A stretch of 64,000 bases of DNA from the human T2T-CHM13v2.0 reference genome, Homo sapiens, in the NCBI RefSeq assembly GCF_009914755.1, contig NC_060927.1; one strand, written 5' to 3'. This document shows, piece by piece, positions 1-50,174 of the stretch; position 1 is the stretch's first letter; each line of letters starts with the position of its first letter. The translations under genes and the position numbers were made by a program. Below the pieces are notes generated by a model. That model did no database searches, was not told where the DNA came from, and saw only the letters and a list, made by a program, of their open reading frames with translations.

Positions 1-129
<129 letters not shown>

Positions 130-556
130 CTATATTTCTTAGTTGAGGAAAGAAAAAAAAACCTACTGCGAAGGTGCTATAGTTGGCTTGTGACATTAAA
201 CCTCATAATCAAAGCATTCAAACTTAACGAAATGCTGTAGCTGGAATGCACACTTCAGCTCACTCTGAAATCCTGGCAAACGGCAACTCACTCCTCCAAA
301 ACTGATGAAAGCATTTGATTTAATTGGCATGCTGTGAACATCTGAACTCATTTATTGGCAATTCTCATTGTCATTTGGAGAGAAGTTCATTATTTGGCAG
401 TCCTAGTTAGTTAGAGACATTAACTGATGGATGATGTAATTATCAGTCATCAAATCACGAAACTTGTTTCTATGAGAGTGTAAACATACTATTTAGCTTC
501 CCGAGGTTGATTATTAACTAAGCTAGGATGTTTTGCTTATCAAAAAGAAAGATTCA

Positions 557-697
<141 letters not shown>

Positions 698-849
698 TTA
701 AACAATTAGCCTGGTCTGGTGGTGCATGCCAGTAGTACCAGATATGCAGGAGGCTGAGGTGGAAGAATTGCTTGAGCCTGGGAAGTCGAAGCTACAGTGA
801 GCCATGTTGGTGCCACTGCACTCCAGCCTAGGTAACAAAACAAGACACA

Positions 850-876
850 CTCTCTCTCCTCTCTCTCTCTACACAC

Positions 877-909
<33 letters not shown>

Positions 910-918
910 ACACACACA
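850..918. repeat. Compound (CT)n(CA)n microsatellite at an Alu tail
   Basis: Direct read. Confidence 0.95.
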
Positions 919-1068
919 GTTCATCTGAGCCAGGAATGGTAGCCCACACCTGTAGTCTCAGCTACTCAAGAGGCTGAGGCAGGAGAACCCAGGAGGCAGA
1001 GGTTGCAGTGAGGCAAGATTGCACCACTGCACTCCAGCCTGGGCAACAGAGCAAGACTCTGTCTCAAA

Positions 1069-1070
1069 AA

Positions 1071-1109
<39 letters not shown>

Positions 1110-1110
1110 A
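1069..1110. repeat. (AAAT)n Alu-tail microsatellite
   Basis: Direct read. Confidence 0.95.
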
Positions 1111-1775
1111 TGTTATCATTTGAATACCATTAGTGCTTAGTAACTCTCCAATCCCCCATAACTCTTTGGTGAACTGACATTAAGTTTCTAAATATATAAA
1201 ATGTAATTTACATTCTTAATTCTGATATGTGTCATGTTTGGCTTGTACAGAAAAATAAAGATCCTGTTGCATCTTGAAAAAAATGTTCATACTAATTTTT
1301 TTCCTAGAAACACTGTAATTTCAGATAATGCCATATGTGGAAGCTGACTCCAAGTCAAGATTTGTTTGCTAGTTTTTCATTACTGAAGTGCTTTTAGGAG
1401 AAACCGACAAGGGCATGAGGAAGTCAGACCAAAAAAACAGAAGCCTCAAAGTATGATTTAGGCTTAAAAAAAAAAAAAAAAAAAAGGCCGGGCGCTGTGA
1501 CTCACACCTGTAATCCTAGCACTTTGGGAGGCCGAGAAGGGTGGATTGCCTGAGCTCAGGAGTACAAGACCTGCCTAGGCAACACGGTGAAGCCCCGTTT
1601 CTAATAAAATACAAAAAATTAGCCAGGTGTGGCGGTGTGCGCTGAGCCTGTAGTCCCAGCCACTTGGTAGGCTGAAGCAGGAGAATTGCTAGAACCCAGG
1701 AGGCAGAGGTTGCAGTGAACCGAGATCGTGCCACTGCGCTCCAGCCTGGGCGACAGAGCGAGACTCCATCTCTTT

Positions 1776-2208
<433 letters not shown>

Positions 2209-4489
2209 TTATTTATTTTTGAGACAGGGTCTCGCTCTGTCACCCAGGCTGGAGAGCAGTGGCGTGATCTTAGCTCACTGCAACCTCTGCGTCTCCGGCT
2301 CAAGCGATCCTCCCACCTCAGCCTCCTGAGTAGTAGGGACTAGAGTTATGTGCCACCAGACCAGGCTAATTTTTTTTGTTGTTGTTGTTTTTGTTTTTGT
2401 AGAGAAAGGGTCTCCCCATGTTGCCCAGGCTGTTATCAAACTCCTGGACTCAAGTGATCCTCCTGCCTCAGCCTCTCAAAGTGCTGGGATTACAGACATG
2501 AGCCCCTGCACCCAACCTCTATGTTTCAATGTACTTAAAATTTGTGGGATGCCCAGACTTCTTTAACATAATACTAGCACATAAGAGATATTTTATTTTT
2601 GAATTACAGGAAATTTGGAAAATCTAGACAATAAAAAATTACCTGAATCCCATTACTCAGAGAGAACCATGTTATCATTTTGGTTTATTTTCTTCCAGTC
2701 TTTGTTTTTTTTAATTGGAAAAAATGATAGAATTTCTAGTTTTCATAATGATGGAATAAGTAATTGGTGGAATGGATAATCTGGACAAACACTCCAGGGA
2801 CAACTAGAAAGGCAGGTCAAATTATAAGTACATAGAATATGTCATATATATTGAGTCTACTTAAAGGCATTGGAGAGCTAATAAGCAATGAAGAATTACA
2901 GAACCCAGATCTGGAAGAACATGGGGAATCCAGAGAGAGTGTCACATTGAGAGCTGCTTCATCCTGGGGGGTATTTGCTGATTCTAGAAGGGGTGGCTGA
3001 GTGCGTGAGAGGCTGAGCAACACCCTGACAGCCATGGCGGGCTAAAGGGATAAAGATGTAGTGGAATAAGCAGTGCAGGGGGAGGGTCCTGCTAAGCCCA
3101 GCACTTTGGGTTGGATTCCCTGCAATTCGTTCTCCCAAATGCAGCAAGGATGATGTGTCTGAAGCTAGTTACATCATGGCAGTGTTTTGCTTGAAACCCT
3201 CCATTGATTTTGAACCTCAGAATAAAAGATAAATAAGCCGCCAAAAAAAAGGACAAAAAATCTACACTATACAAACAGTTTTCAATCTTATTTTGGGGTT
3301 GAAAGGACCCACCATTCCCTTTTTATAATAGGAATTTACAATGCCCTCTTTACTATTATGAAATTAAATTTACAGACAATAACTAATCTATATATATAAT
3401 TTCATAATTATAATGATCATAAGAGTCAATAAAATGCCCAAATTGTAATATGAAGAAAAAAATAAAAGTAATCTCTTTCATTTTTTTATTTTCTGAGACA
3501 GGGTCGTACTCTGTCACCCAGGCACAATTGTGCAGTGACACAATCATGGCTCATTGCAGCCTCCACCTCCTGGGCTTAGGTGATCCTCCCACCTTTACCT
3601 CCTGAGTAGCTGGGACTATAGGTGCATGCCACCATGTCCGGCTGTTTTTTTTTTTTTTTTTTGTAGAGACAGAATTTTGCCATGTTGCCCAGCTGATCCT
3701 CCTGCCTTGGCCTTCCAAAGTGCTGGGATTATAGGCGTGAGCCACCACAGCCAGCCAAAATAAAGGTAACCTACAATAAAACAATATGTATTTCAATATG
3801 TAAATATCTGGATACAATTAGATCACAGGATATAATGAAGTTGTAAGATGGTGTTTATACCTGTATTCAGAATCTTTATGTATGCAGCCTGATACAGTTG
3901 TGTATGCTATCAGTGGCTCTAATACCGTAAACAGTGTTTCCATCATTGACCTGGTTTCTGAAGTGGTTTGAAACTCTTCGTAAAGTTTCAAACAAAAAAC
4001 CAACGTTCCCTTCAATCACAAGATTATGTTTCTGATTTCATTTCCTACTACATTTCTCTTTACTTTTGCTTCTGCAGCCATCCTGGCCTCCTCTCTCTCA
4101 AATTTGATTAAGTATGTTCAGCTTTAGGCTCTTTCAATGCCTGTTCTGCATTGACGTTCTTCTCCCAAATATAGTCGTGGCTCACTCCCTCACTTACTTT
4201 GGGTCTTTCCTCAAACATCCATTTCTCAGTAAAACCTTCCTGGATTCTTTACTTAAATTTAAACATTCCTCGTCCTTGCCCCTGGCACTTCCTTGTCTCC
4301 CTTCCCTGCTTTATTTGTCTCCTTAGCATCACCATCTGACATGCTCTTGTGTTTTACTTATTGTTTATCTAGCCACCTTCCCACCCCCAGAGGTTTTAAG
4401 TTTAATGCATTCATTTTCTGTTTGTTTTGTCCACCAATACGCCCAATAAGTATTAGTGGAAGGGAGGAAAAAGAAATGGAAAGGAAGGA

Positions 4490-4512
4490 GAGAGAGAGAG
4501 AGAGAGAGAGAG
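4490..4512. repeat. (AG)n microsatellite
   Basis: Direct read. Confidence 0.9.
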
Positions 4513-5200
4513 AAAGAAAGGTAGAGAAGAAGGGCGGGTTTCAGGAAGTAGCAAAGGGTCATGAGACCCAAATTTGGTTTCTTGCCTTCAACCACCCAGT
4601 GACTTCAGAAACTCGGCATTGGCTGTCAGCTCCTTGCCCCAAAGGCTGTCCCCTTTCTATGGGCACTGGGCAGAGACAGGGTGTTTTATCAAGTCTTTGT
4701 CTGGAGCAATGATGCTTATTATTAGTCAGCAGAGCCTGCTGCTGTTTTTTAATTTTGAGGGGAGAGATGTGGGAGAACTTTTGTAAGCTATACTACCCCA
4801 AAACCAACTGACTACAGGCGATTAGAAAGGAGTGTGGCTTGAAGTTTTTGATTCTCTTTCCAATGAGATGTATATAATTATGGAACTGAAAACTCACAAC
4901 TAAATGGAAGTCAGAAGTGATCATAGAGTGACAGAGTTTGCCAGGGGTGTTTAGAGTCAGTCCTAGGAGGCAACCTTTAAACATCTGTGAGAGTGCCTAG
5001 AAAACAGGGCTCAATTAAAGGAGACTCAACAAAGAAATAAATTACATAATGAAATCCCAGTTATTTGCATAAATTTCTATACTAAATGATATACAGAGGT
5101 CCCTTACTTAACCTGTGATTTAATGACCTGAAGTGTACCTCTCTAACAAATTAATCTCGCATAAGGACTGTTTATTATTGTTTGCTACAAAATAACTTCT

Positions 5201-5484
5201 AGGCCTGTAATTCCAGCACTTTTGGAGGCCGAGGCGGGCGGATCACCTGAGGTCGGGAGTCCAAGACCAGCCTGACCAACATGGAGAAACCCCATCTCTA
5301 CTAAAAAAACAAAATTAGCCGGGCGTGGTGGTGCATGCCTGTAATCCCAGCTGCTAGAGAGGCTGAGGCAGGAGAATTGCTTGAACCCAGGAGGTGGAGG
5401 TTGTGGTGAGCCGAGATGGCGCCATTGCACTACAGCCTGGGCAACAAGAGCAAAATTCCGTCTCAAAAAAAAAAAAAAAAAAAA
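5201..5484 (+). mobile_element. AluS (Sp/Sq-like), slightly 5'-truncated
   Basis: Alu body; flanking near-duplication aaataacttcta/aagtaacttcta. Confidence 0.9.
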
Positions 5485-5664
5485 GTAACTTCTATAGTTT
5501 TAGGAAGAAAACTGGCAGAGAAGATTGCTGGTGCCTCTCATAGGAAAGAGCAAAAACCAGCAGTGTGTTCCACTTTTACTTCTTCCTCTTCCTCCAAAAT
5601 CTGCTTGATTTCTCTATGCTGGGAGTCAACAACGTTAACATTAATAGAATCACTCCATATGTAT

Positions 5665-5990
5665 TTGTGGGAGGCAGAATAATGGCCCCTCCAATGATGT
5701 CCACTCCTAATACTGGAAATCTGTGACTATGTTACATTATAAAACAAAGAGGAATTAAGGTTGCAAATCAGCTGACTTTGAGATGGGGAGACTTCAGGCC
5801 TAATGTAATCACAAGGCTCCTTGAGATATGGAAGAGGGAGGCAGAAGAACATGAGAGCCAGAGATCGATGGCTTGATTTTAGTTTGTTAAGACTCTGACC
5901 TACAGGAACTGTTAAGATCATACCTGTGTATTGTGTTAAGTGCTAAGTTTGTGGTAATTTGTTAGAGCAGTAATAGAAAACAAATACAGT
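5665..5990 (+). mobile_element. MaLR LTR (MLT1-type)
   Basis: tgtgggaggcagaataatggcccc...tttgtggtaatttgttagagcagtaatagaaaacaaataca resembles MLT1 termini. Confidence 0.7.
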
Positions 5991-6106
5991 ATTGTTCTGC
6001 TGTCTGCATTTGTCATTTAATCTCACACACAGAAGTTATTTTCTCTCCTGCCTCACGCCTCCAGAATTCTTCCTCACTGTTGCTGGTTTCTTGTAAATTA
6101 CTCTAT

Positions 6107-6325
6107 CCCAGTGGTTCTTGATGGGGTAGGGGAACAATTTTGTCCCCCAGGGACATTTGACAATGTCCAGAGACATTTTTGGTTGTCACAACTGGGAAGT
6201 GGGTGGTATTGCCACTGGCATCCAGTGGATAGAGGCCAGGGATGCTGCCAAACATACTACAATGCACAGACAGCAAAGAATTGTCCAGCCCAAAATGTCA
6301 ATAGCACCACTGTTGAGAAAACCCT
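6107..6325. mobile_element. MER20 (hAT-Charlie) DNA transposon
   Basis: cagtggttct...tttttggttgtcacaactggg...agaggccagggatgctgc...ttgagaaaaccctg, the characteristic MER20 pattern. Confidence 0.85.
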
Positions 6326-6510
6326 GTTGTACATATGTATCACCTTATATCACATATGGGGTTTGGGGATAAGTGTCTACATGCAAAGAATTCCTGTGCC
6401 TATCTCCCCCACTCCTACTCCCCACTTTTTTTTTGGTCCTGCTTTTTTATACGTGCATTCTCAAGGGGGTAATATCACCCCTAAGGGGGTAAAAATTGGT
6501 TTTTGAGGGA

Positions 6511-6867
6511 TGTCTTAGTCACTTTGTGCTGCGATAACAAATTACTGTAGGCTGGGTGGCTTAAAGAACATTTATTTATCACACTTTTGGAGCTGGAAAG
6601 TCCAAGATCAAGGCACCAGTAAGTTGGGTGTCTGGTAAAGGGCCCAGTCTCTGCTTCCAAGATGGCGCCTTGGCTGCTGCATTCTCATGTGGCAGAAGAG
6701 CAAAAAGGGCCAGGACGCTTCAACATCTTTTACAATGTGGCTAATATCATTCATGAGGGGTCTGCCCTCGTGACTTAATCAACTCCTAAGGGCCCACCTC
6801 TTAATACTATCGCATAGTGATTAAGTTTCAATATATTAATTTGGAGGAACACATTCAGACCATAGCA
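6511..6867 (-). mobile_element. MaLR LTR (MLT1A-like)
   Basis: tgtcttagtc...gtccaagatcaaggcaccag...acattcagaccatagca. Confidence 0.8.
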
Positions 6868-8185
6868 AGAGGTTTCTAAATTTAGCTCAAAGTATGGCAA
6901 AGTAATGAACTGAACTTTATATTAGTTCAAAAGAAATGGGGGAAGGTTTGTCTGTATGTGTTTATCATTCATTCCTCCCTTCCTTTGTTCCATCACATAT
7001 ATGCGGAAACTTTTTTCCATAAAGAAAAACTAAATGTCATCTCACCTTTCCTCACCCCCAAACAAACCACTCCAATAAACCAAAACCAAAAGCCAAAAAT
7101 AATTGTATCCTTATGCTCTGCCATGGGTATAAAGTAAGAAAGCACACATTTTAGGCAGCTGTGGGCGATGCTGTCATAATGATATGTCTCTTGTGATATT
7201 GGGAATTTGAATGATTAAACTGAGTATTCAGTTATTTGAATGATGTCATTCTGTTGCAGTTCCTCTGGCTATTCTGCTTTCGTACTGCAAATGTGTTAAA
7301 AATTTAAGTCCCAGCTTGAACTTTTCTTTATGCTGCGATCAGCCCTGTGGATTGTCTCATTATACAGTGCCTTCAGGGGTGGCACTTCTGGGCATGCTGG
7401 CAGCACTCTCGGGTCAGCAGGAACTATTTCAACTCAATTTATAAAGCAAAAGAAAGGGATCTGGTTGACCTACAAGGTCCAACTCTGCAAGAATTAACAC
7501 TAACCACAATGGTGATTATTCACAACTTGCCCATCTTCTGAGAAAATAAAGCCTTTTTCAGAGGTATTTTTCCCTCCTTTAAATGAAAGCATCCATTCTT
7601 GCTCTCTTGAAAAAAAAAAACTTACAGAGAATATCAGAAGACTTATTATCTCTGAATTTTTTTAATCTATAGAAGATTGCTTAAGAGATCCATGCAATAA
7701 ATGATTTCTAAATCCTGAAAGAATGGCAAAATAAGGCTGTGAGGATTGCTCAGCAGGACCCGCTCCAATCCAATCCACCCTCTATTTCCCTTTGTACCTT
7801 GAAGGTGATCTTAAAGCTTTCTCAGTTCTTTTTATTTTTATTTTTGAGACAGGGCTTTGCTATGCTGCCCAGGCTGGTCTCAAACTCCTGGGCTAAATGG
7901 ATCCTCCTGCCTCGTGAGTTAGGTAAAAAAGAAGCAGAAACCATCAGGCTTTAAAAGAATATCAAATTTATAATGAATATTATTGTTAAAAAAAAACCCT
8001 GACAATGGCTAAAACTAAACATGGTAAGATTTATTGCCAACTCAAAAATAATAAATTAAATCTTAGCAAAGGGAAAATCTACCAAATTTGATAAGGCAGA
8101 TGGAAGAAATTAGTTTATGAAAGAAAGGTGTTAATGGCCAAGGTTCTGATTAGACAAAAAAAAAAAATTGATCAACGAATCAACT

Positions 8186-11288
<3,103 letters not shown>

Positions 11289-11379
11289 TGTTAAAATTTT
11301 AACAAAGTAATGTGGTCCTTGAGTCAGGGTGCACTGTATATGTGCGTGATTCTTTAAAATTGTTCCCTTTTGAAAATGA

Positions 11380-11910
11380 TAGTTGCAAGAATATATTCCA
11401 TCTCTTATGCTATTCAAGATATGACCTTGATGCTCCTGTTATAAAGAGATAAGGTCCATGTCCCCTACCCTTGGATCTGGGTGTGCTTGTGACTCCCTTT
11501 TAACCAATAATGCAGCAAAATTCATGCCACATGTCTTCTGAGGCATGATCAGAAAAGGTGATGCAACTTCTCCCTTATCCCATGGAACACCTGCATTGGA
11601 GGCCTGAGCTGCTCTGTAAGCAGTGTGACTGCCCTGAGGCTGCCATGTTGTGAGGAAGTCCAAAGTAGCCCACATGTAGAGATCTTGTGGAGAAGCCCTG
11701 TGACTACCTAAAGAGGGAAGTGCCCAGCTAGCTCCTAGCAGCTCCAACCCCCTGCTGTTTCAGCTCCACCCACTGTCTGATTGCCAAGAGACCCTGAGCC
11801 AGAAATGCCCAGCCAAGAGCTTCCAGGCTTCATCATAGATAACAAAATAATGCTGTTATCTTAAGTCACTAAGTTATGGGGTGATTTGTTATAATGCAGT
11901 AGTTGACTGG
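11380..11910 (+). mobile_element. Old MaLR LTR (MLT1 family)
   Basis: gccatgttgtgaggaagtcc...ttaagtcactaagttatggggtgatttgttataatgcag. Confidence 0.7.
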
Positions 11911-12009
11911 AATGTTCCCTAAAATTGGTGAGAATGATTGAAAACAATTCTATCAGTGAGGTTTCCTTAGTTACAAACAGGAGAAACTGACTCTGGCTAA
12001 TTGAACAAA

Positions 12010-13860
12010 TGTATACGATAAATGTCCAAATCAAGAAATGAGAAAAATAAGATAAAAATAAAATGGAAGGATGTAGATCAAGATAAAGAGCAGAAATCAA
12101 TGAAACAAAAATAATTTAGTGAATCAATAAAGCAAAAAATTAGGCCATTGAAAAAGTTAACAAAGTAAATAAAAGTTTTGTAGGACTGATCAAGAAAGAA
12201 AAAGCACAAATAAATAAAATTAAGAATGGGAAACCAGGCCAGGAACGGTGGCTCATGACTTGTAATCCCAGCACTTTGGGAGGCCAAGTTGGGCGGATCA
12301 TGAGGCCAGGAGTTCGAGAACAGCCTGACCAACATGGTAAAACCCCGTCTCTATTAAAATACAAAAATTAGCTGGGCATGGTGGCATGTGCCTGTAATCC
12401 CAGCTACTCAGGAGGCTGAGGCAGGAGAATGGCTTGAACCCAGGAGGAGGTGGAGGTTACAGTGAGCTGAGATCGTGCCACTGCACTCCAGTCTGGGTGA
12501 CAGAGCGAGACTCCGTCTCAAAACAAACAAACAAACAAACAAAAAACAAAAAAGGGAAACTGTAGAGTTGATATCAATCAAAGAGATAAGAGGATACAAA
12601 CAACTGTATTCCATTAAATGTGAAAGTTTATACAACATGGACAAACTCCTAGAATAATAATTTATCAAACTGATTCAGGAAGACGAAGAAAGCCTCTAAA
12701 TCTGTAATGATGAATTTGGTTGCCACATGTGGCTATTGACACTTGAAATGTGACTACAGCAACTAAGGAATGAAATTTTGGATTTTATTTCATTTTAACT
12801 AATTTAAATTTAAATTTAAAAACTGACCGGGTGCGTAGGCTCACACCTGTAATCCTGGCACTTTGGGAGGCTGAGGTGGGAGGACTGCTTGAGGCCATGA
12901 ATTCAAGACTAGCCTGGCAACACAGGAAGACTCCCATCTCTACCAAAAAAAAAAAAAAAAAAAAAAAGAGAAATTACTGGGGTGTGGTGGTACACACCTG
13001 TGGTCCTAGCTAATTGAGAGGCTGAGGTGGGAGCATCTCGAGCCCATGAGTTTGAAGCTGTAATAAGTTATATGATTGCACCACTGTACTGCAGCTGGGG
13101 CGACAAAGCCAGACCTGTTTCTAAAAAAAAATTAAAAAAACTGCAACAGTGTGAATTTTTTTTTTCATTAAACACAACTTGACAGTTTTGGTTGGGCTGT
13201 ATTTAACTTTAACCACTACATCTCATAAGCTATTATTATTGCATTGTAGTGTGTGTGCTGGAGTTGTGTACTGTTTTCAGTATTGCCCATAAACACATCA
13301 CTGATCTTGTTGGTGTCAATGGATTGATTCAGTTTGAATTAGTGTTTTCTATGCACAGATGTAATAGTGGAATGTGTTTATTTGAATATTTTATGAAGAC
13401 ATCAAATAAGACATAATTTACATAGTGATATATAAATCATAATATAATTTTTATTATTTCGTTATAACAAAATCATTTTTTTAGTTAAAAATTAAGTACA
13501 GACAAAGTTTTAAATTTAAAATAAAGACATATTATTGAGGCAGAATTGTGGAGAAATATAGAAGCTAATACCATGAATGGAACGGTAAAGAAAAAAATAG
13601 CCTGGAAGAAGGTACGTCACAAATGTCATGATGAACGGCAACTGCAATTTGCTGTGTCACAGCAAACTGCCAGAGCTATTTGTTGCTATGTGATGATGTC
13701 GCTGCTCTGAGACAAACATGCTTGGGAATTTTTGTGTTTTAAATGTCTCTGTTTTCATTTCTAATAAGTAGATCTTGATATAGTCCACAAAAAAAGTACT
13801 TTGTGGTCTTCAACAATTTTAAGAGTGCAGAGTTCTGAGATCAAAAGTTTGAGAACTGCT
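12010..13860. mobile_element. L1 ORF2 fragment and hAT-Charlie-like remnants interrupted by Alus (12237-12553 +, 12826-13140 +)
   Basis: A-rich L1-like gataaagagcagaaatcaatgaa / atggacaaactcctagaa; gccacatgtggctattgacacttgaaatgtg (MER3/MER33-like). Confidence 0.6.
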
Positions 13861-14734
13861 CATCTAGGGCATAGAAAAGGCAATTTAAGTGGCATGTTGT
13901 TTCGGTATTAGGAGCTAGCAGGACTCATTGGAACATTTTAAAATGAGGAATGACCTTAAATGTTTTTAATTGGCCTTATCTTTAATAGACTTCACCTTTC
14001 TCTTTTTTTCCTAATGCCCCTCCTTCATCTAGGTCCTCATACTGCAGTGCGCCACTTGGCCTATCTTACTTGAGTTTGGGATAAGAGGACTCTTAACATT
14101 TAGGCTCTTCTTTCCTTTATTCATATCTAGATGGACCTATCTTGTGTTGTTTTGCAGGCTCTGTTAATTGTATGTAAGGGCTAATGAGGTAGCTTTCCTA
14201 GAAAGTAATTTGCATTTTTAACAGATAACTTTTGAAGACACAGTCACTTCATTCAACAGTTATTTTGGTCAGAATGAGGAAGGTGGAGTAGGTAGAAATC
14301 CACTATGAATATTCTGAGAATCCCAACAGACTAAGCCATAGACACCACAGGATTAATAAATGAGGCTCCTTGGAATGACAGCAGCAAAAGGCAATTTCCA
14401 CCGCAGCTACAGCACGCTGGGTACTGCCCAACCAGAGGATGCTCCTGAGCATCCTCCTCTGGCACTGAGGAGCCCAGCGAATTTCCAGTGGCCAGTGGTG
14501 TGGCTGGTGACTGACTTGGGTTATAGCTCTATAGCCTCTACTAGTTACTTGCAAAGTCTCATAGGAAGAAGGCAGCCTCTAAAAAACGCTGAGGCTCATA
14601 GACACTGATATTATTTTATAGACACTATCATCGAAGAGAGGGTCTTAAAGATATACTTTGCAATGGCTATTTTTCACTTACATTCTTCTTTTCAAATTTA
14701 AATAGTGGTAACCTCTTATACAATTTTAAATAGT

Positions 14735-16370
<1,636 letters not shown>

Positions 16371-18232
16371 GTATCCTCTTTTATGATTTCTTTTCTGCCT
16401 TCTAGACTGTTCATATTAACCTCATTTTACCTGTGTAGAAGTAGATGGTAGTTGATACATGAAAAAGCAAGCAAGCTACAAAGCGTGGCCTGGGGAACTC
16501 TTCCATCAGCATCACATGAGGGTGATAAATTCCAGAAGTAGGGAAGAATAGAGGGCTACCGTGATTAGGGAACTGTGTTTAGAAGGGTTTGGGTATCAAG
16601 ACAGCCTTGGAAAGAGAAGCAGGACCCACATCTGTGCAGGGCGAAGCAGGTCAGGTTAAGTCGTTGAATTTTTTCAAAGTGTAACACGAAGCCATTGGAG
16701 GGTTTTCAGCAGAGTAATCAGATCTTATTTACATTTTAAAAATAATACTTTGACTGCTGGGGAGAAGTGACTGTAGGAGGACCCAAGAAGCACTCTCCTA
16801 GTTAGGGAACCAGAGCAGTAGCTGAGGCAAGAGATAATGGTTTGCTCTAGCAATACCAACGGTGAGAAACAGGGATTGAACATATTTTGAAGGTAGAATA
16901 GCTCAGACTTGCTAATGGATTGAATGGAGAATAAAAGGCTGTGAGAGTGTTAGGAGAGAAACATAATTTTGCTGGCTTCAGGAACTTGCAGATTTACCAA
17001 AACAGTAAATATTGATATGGTGAAGAAACCTGGGGGGTGGGGAAATAGGGTGTTGCACATGTAAATATGTCTTCCACGTGACATTTTCCCCACCTTCTAT
17101 AGTGAAGAATTTCAGAGCAAACTGGAAAGAGTTTTACAAGCAACACCCATATCCCCATCGCCTAAGTTTAACATCTTACCATATCATCTATTCATGCCTC
17201 TATCAGCCCATCTTACTTCAGTAATGCGTTTAAATTGCGGGCATCAATGCACTTTCCTCAGAATTCACCTCAGCACGCATACAATTTATGTCTAGCTTTT
17301 TTCTTTTGATCTAAAATTTACATTCAAGGTGAAACGCCCAGATCTTGACTGCACATTAGCTGAGTTCGGACACACGCGTACACCCGTCTAAAATCTGAGA
17401 TGCAAAAAAGCGGCATAATCAAACGGGCTGCTGGATGTAGGAATCTGGAGATTAGAAGAGAGGTCTTGGCTTGAAATATAAATCTGGGAATCACAAGAAC
17501 ATAGGTCTACTTAAGCTATGAGATTGGATAAAATCACCTAGAGGGTGCAGAGGGAAAGGGAAGGGTCTGTGCCTTCAGAGACCAGCGTTTGGAGGTCGGT
17601 CGGGTGGGAGCGGGGGGTGGGGGTGGGGGGCGCAAGGGTTGAGCAAGCCCGAACCAGCCGGCCCAGCCGGGGTCCTGAGAATCACCCTTGCTCGGCGCCA
17701 AGCCACCGCTTTGACCTAAGAGCCACCAGGTTGGGGGGCAGGGCGTGGAGAGGACTCCCGGCCAGAGGCGGGAAAGGCAGCCGGGAGGAGAGGAAAGAGG
17801 AGGAGGAGGGGAGGAATATGCGGCGGAGGGAAACGGAGAAGAGGTTTACGGCACGGAGGGGAAAAACGAAGGAAGAGGAGGGGCTCGGCAAGGAGAAGGA
17901 AGGGGAGAAGGGGGAAGCGCAGGAGAAAAGGGTAGCCGGGGAGCCGGGAAGCGGGCGGGAGGGAGGGGAGCGGCGGGGCGGAGTCGCCGCAGCGGCCGGC
18001 CGAGGGCGGGCGGAGGGAGGGGGTGTGTGCGCGGGTCACATGGTCGCGGCTGCCCTCCCCGTCAGCCGCCCTCGCCGCCGCGGTGCGCTGGCTGCAGGAA
18101 GCCGCCGCGCCGCCGCTTTTGTTGTCAGGGACCCAGCGAGGAGCGCCGCTCGCCGGCCGCCGCCACCCTCTCTCGCTGCAGCCTGCTGTGCGCTGCACGG
18201 CCTGGGGCCCGGGAGCCCCGCCCGCTCTGCCC

Positions 18233-18286
18233 ATGAGGGGGCCCCGCGACCACCGCTGCTTCCAGCCCGGGGCGGCGCGGCGCTGA
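18233..18286 (+). other. Upstream ORF in the 5'UTR (MRGPRDHRCFQPGAARR*)
   Basis: ATG 18233, TGA 18284-18286, ending 67 nt before the main ATG. Confidence 0.7.
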
Positions 18287-18353
18287 GGCGGCGGCGGCGG
18301 CGCTGCCCCCTCTGCGGGAAGCGGGCGGCCCCGGCCGCCTCCGCGAGGGCACC

Positions 18354-50174
<31,821 letters not shown>

